Positions 6,924-8,165 of a stretch of DNA of 8,165 nt are shown in pieces. Within the stretch, counting starts at the first letter, position 1. Every line of letters begins with the position of its first letter. Under the pieces are notes generated by a model that did no database searches, had not been told where the DNA came from, and worked only from the letters and a program-made list of their open reading frames with translations. The DNA is from Octopus sinensis (taxonomy: Eukaryota): NCBI RefSeq assembly GCF_006345805.1, contig NW_021828524.1, positions 1 to 8,165 of the forward strand, read 5' to 3'. Position numbers and translations under genes: made by a program.

Positions 6924-7846
6924 GTCTAGTACAATCATATCCATTATTTCTAAATGAAGTCAAACGAACCGCCATATTGTTTACATTGATAACGTTGTAT
7001 TCCTTTTTTATTTGCAGTGTCAGATTTAAAAGCCAAAATATAGAAACCTTAATATATTCAGCATCACATTTAGCAAAATCAGTAAAACATTATGAGTAAT
7101 TCATAAGCAGAAACGTCCTATTAATTTCACATAACATGACAGAGAAATATTACAACACATGGCACGCGTTGAATAGGAAATAGGTAGTTAGTGACCTACT
7201 AACCGAGTGTGTGTTTTCATGTCACTGAGGACAATTATTAAAGAAGTTATGCCCTGAGGAGAATAAAATGGAAAATGGGAAAAAAAAATATATATAAAAA
7301 ACAAAAAATGGAAGAAAAAAAGCAGAAAGAAACAGAAAAGTCCTGTTTGATTGAAGACGGGTTACAGTTCTAAATTAATAAGTATAAACACCTTAGAATA
7401 CTAAGTGTCTTATTTCAAATTTTAATTAATGATTATTATAATCCTGTCACATGGAGATACAAGCACTGGTAATAAATTACGCTTTCGTTTATATGACTCA
7501 TAAAATATTCCATCAAGAGTGTAAAAGCGCTGAAAGACAAGCTGTAATGGCTATCATTTACTCGCAACAATAACAACAACAGCAAAAGCGCTCAGAAATT
7601 ATGCTTTGGTTTATTTAGTCGACTAGCGGTCTCGTGACACACCTGTCTATGCAGTGTTTTATATATTCTGTGCATGAACGTTTAAACTATAATTTGCTAC
7701 ATGTCAAATGTAAGAACGCATCAATCACTTTCACTTAACGTCAATCGTAAAATGATATATTTTATGAGCATCACACTGTGACAAAAACATAAAAATATAT
7801 AAGACAAAAGAGCAGCATGTCTATTTGTAGGATACGAAACAGGTAT

Positions 7847-8165
7847 TATTATCTCCAACAACCACATTTGACTCATTTCCGAGGTATGACAAGGAGGAGC
7901 CAAGTCTGTTTGTCCCACATGTCTTCCAATAGCAACCCTCTCCTGTCAGAGTTTTATCACGGGTCTCCAACTGATTCACATCGCCATCTGAATTGAGCCT
8001 AAGACTGTTCAAAGATTGTGAGGCGACAGGACATCGCCATCACTGGAGACACACCCAAAGACCATCACAGTCTGAGTTGGGTTGGTGGTGTCTCGGTTAC
8101 GTGGGACATCACATGGATTGTAGGTAAGCTGCTTGTTGTTCTGGGTGATGTGCATCTGGTTGCGG
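7847..8165 (-). pseudogene. Tc1/mariner-superfamily DDE/D transposase remnant, catalytic domain fragment running off the window end
   Basis: Minus-strand translation across frameshifts gives QMHITQNNKQLTYNPCDVP..QTVMVFGCVSSDGDVLSPH (VMVFGCVSSDGDV at 8030-8068), then F..LRLNSDG, ERVAIGR, then Q.DLAP(P)CHTS..SQMWLLE (Asp codon 7904-7906). These correspond to the Tc1/mariner VMVWG.IS..G and second-Asp QDxAPxH motifs. The third acidic residue region is absent. Confidence 0.85.

Noticed and set aside
7260-7340. A-rich purine tract
   Set aside because: Low-complexity sequence with no associated element recognised.
7831-8129. Plus-strand splice-like signals (AG at 7829-7830, GTATGA at 7884, AG at 7948-7949, GTAAGC at 8124)
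   Set aside because: The candidate exon 7950-8123 has stops in all three frames, and the region is better explained as antisense transposase remnant.

Overview
Eukaryotic, repeat-saturated non-genic DNA; roughly three quarters is recognisable transposable-element or microsatellite sequence. The SINE families and the AT/microsatellite richness match my recollection of Octopus (coleoid cephalopod) repeats; this is recall, not a database result. I find no intact protein-coding gene. Most ORFs in the supplied track are microsatellite read-through or pieces of dead elements. Layout: (1) 1-2822, a pile-up of at least four tRNA-derived SINE families (labelled A-D here), including a nested insertion, a head-to-tail dimer and a tail-to-tail inverted pair. 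(2) About 3366-4935, a 5'-truncated, frameshifted Tx1/L1-clade LINE ORF2 remnant with its 3' UTR and AATAAA. (3) 4936-6547, an (ATT)n tract holding two ~560-bp copies of an unclassified non-coding element in direct tandem. (4) 6551-6923, another SINE and a second LINE-like 3' tail, each ending in ATT repeats. (5) About 7847-8165 on the minus strand, a frameshifted Tc1/mariner transposase remnant that the ORF track largely misses. The most interesting signals are the (ATT/TAA)n tract acting as a repeated landing site and a 3' terminal motif shared by a SINE subfamily and the Tx1-like LINE.
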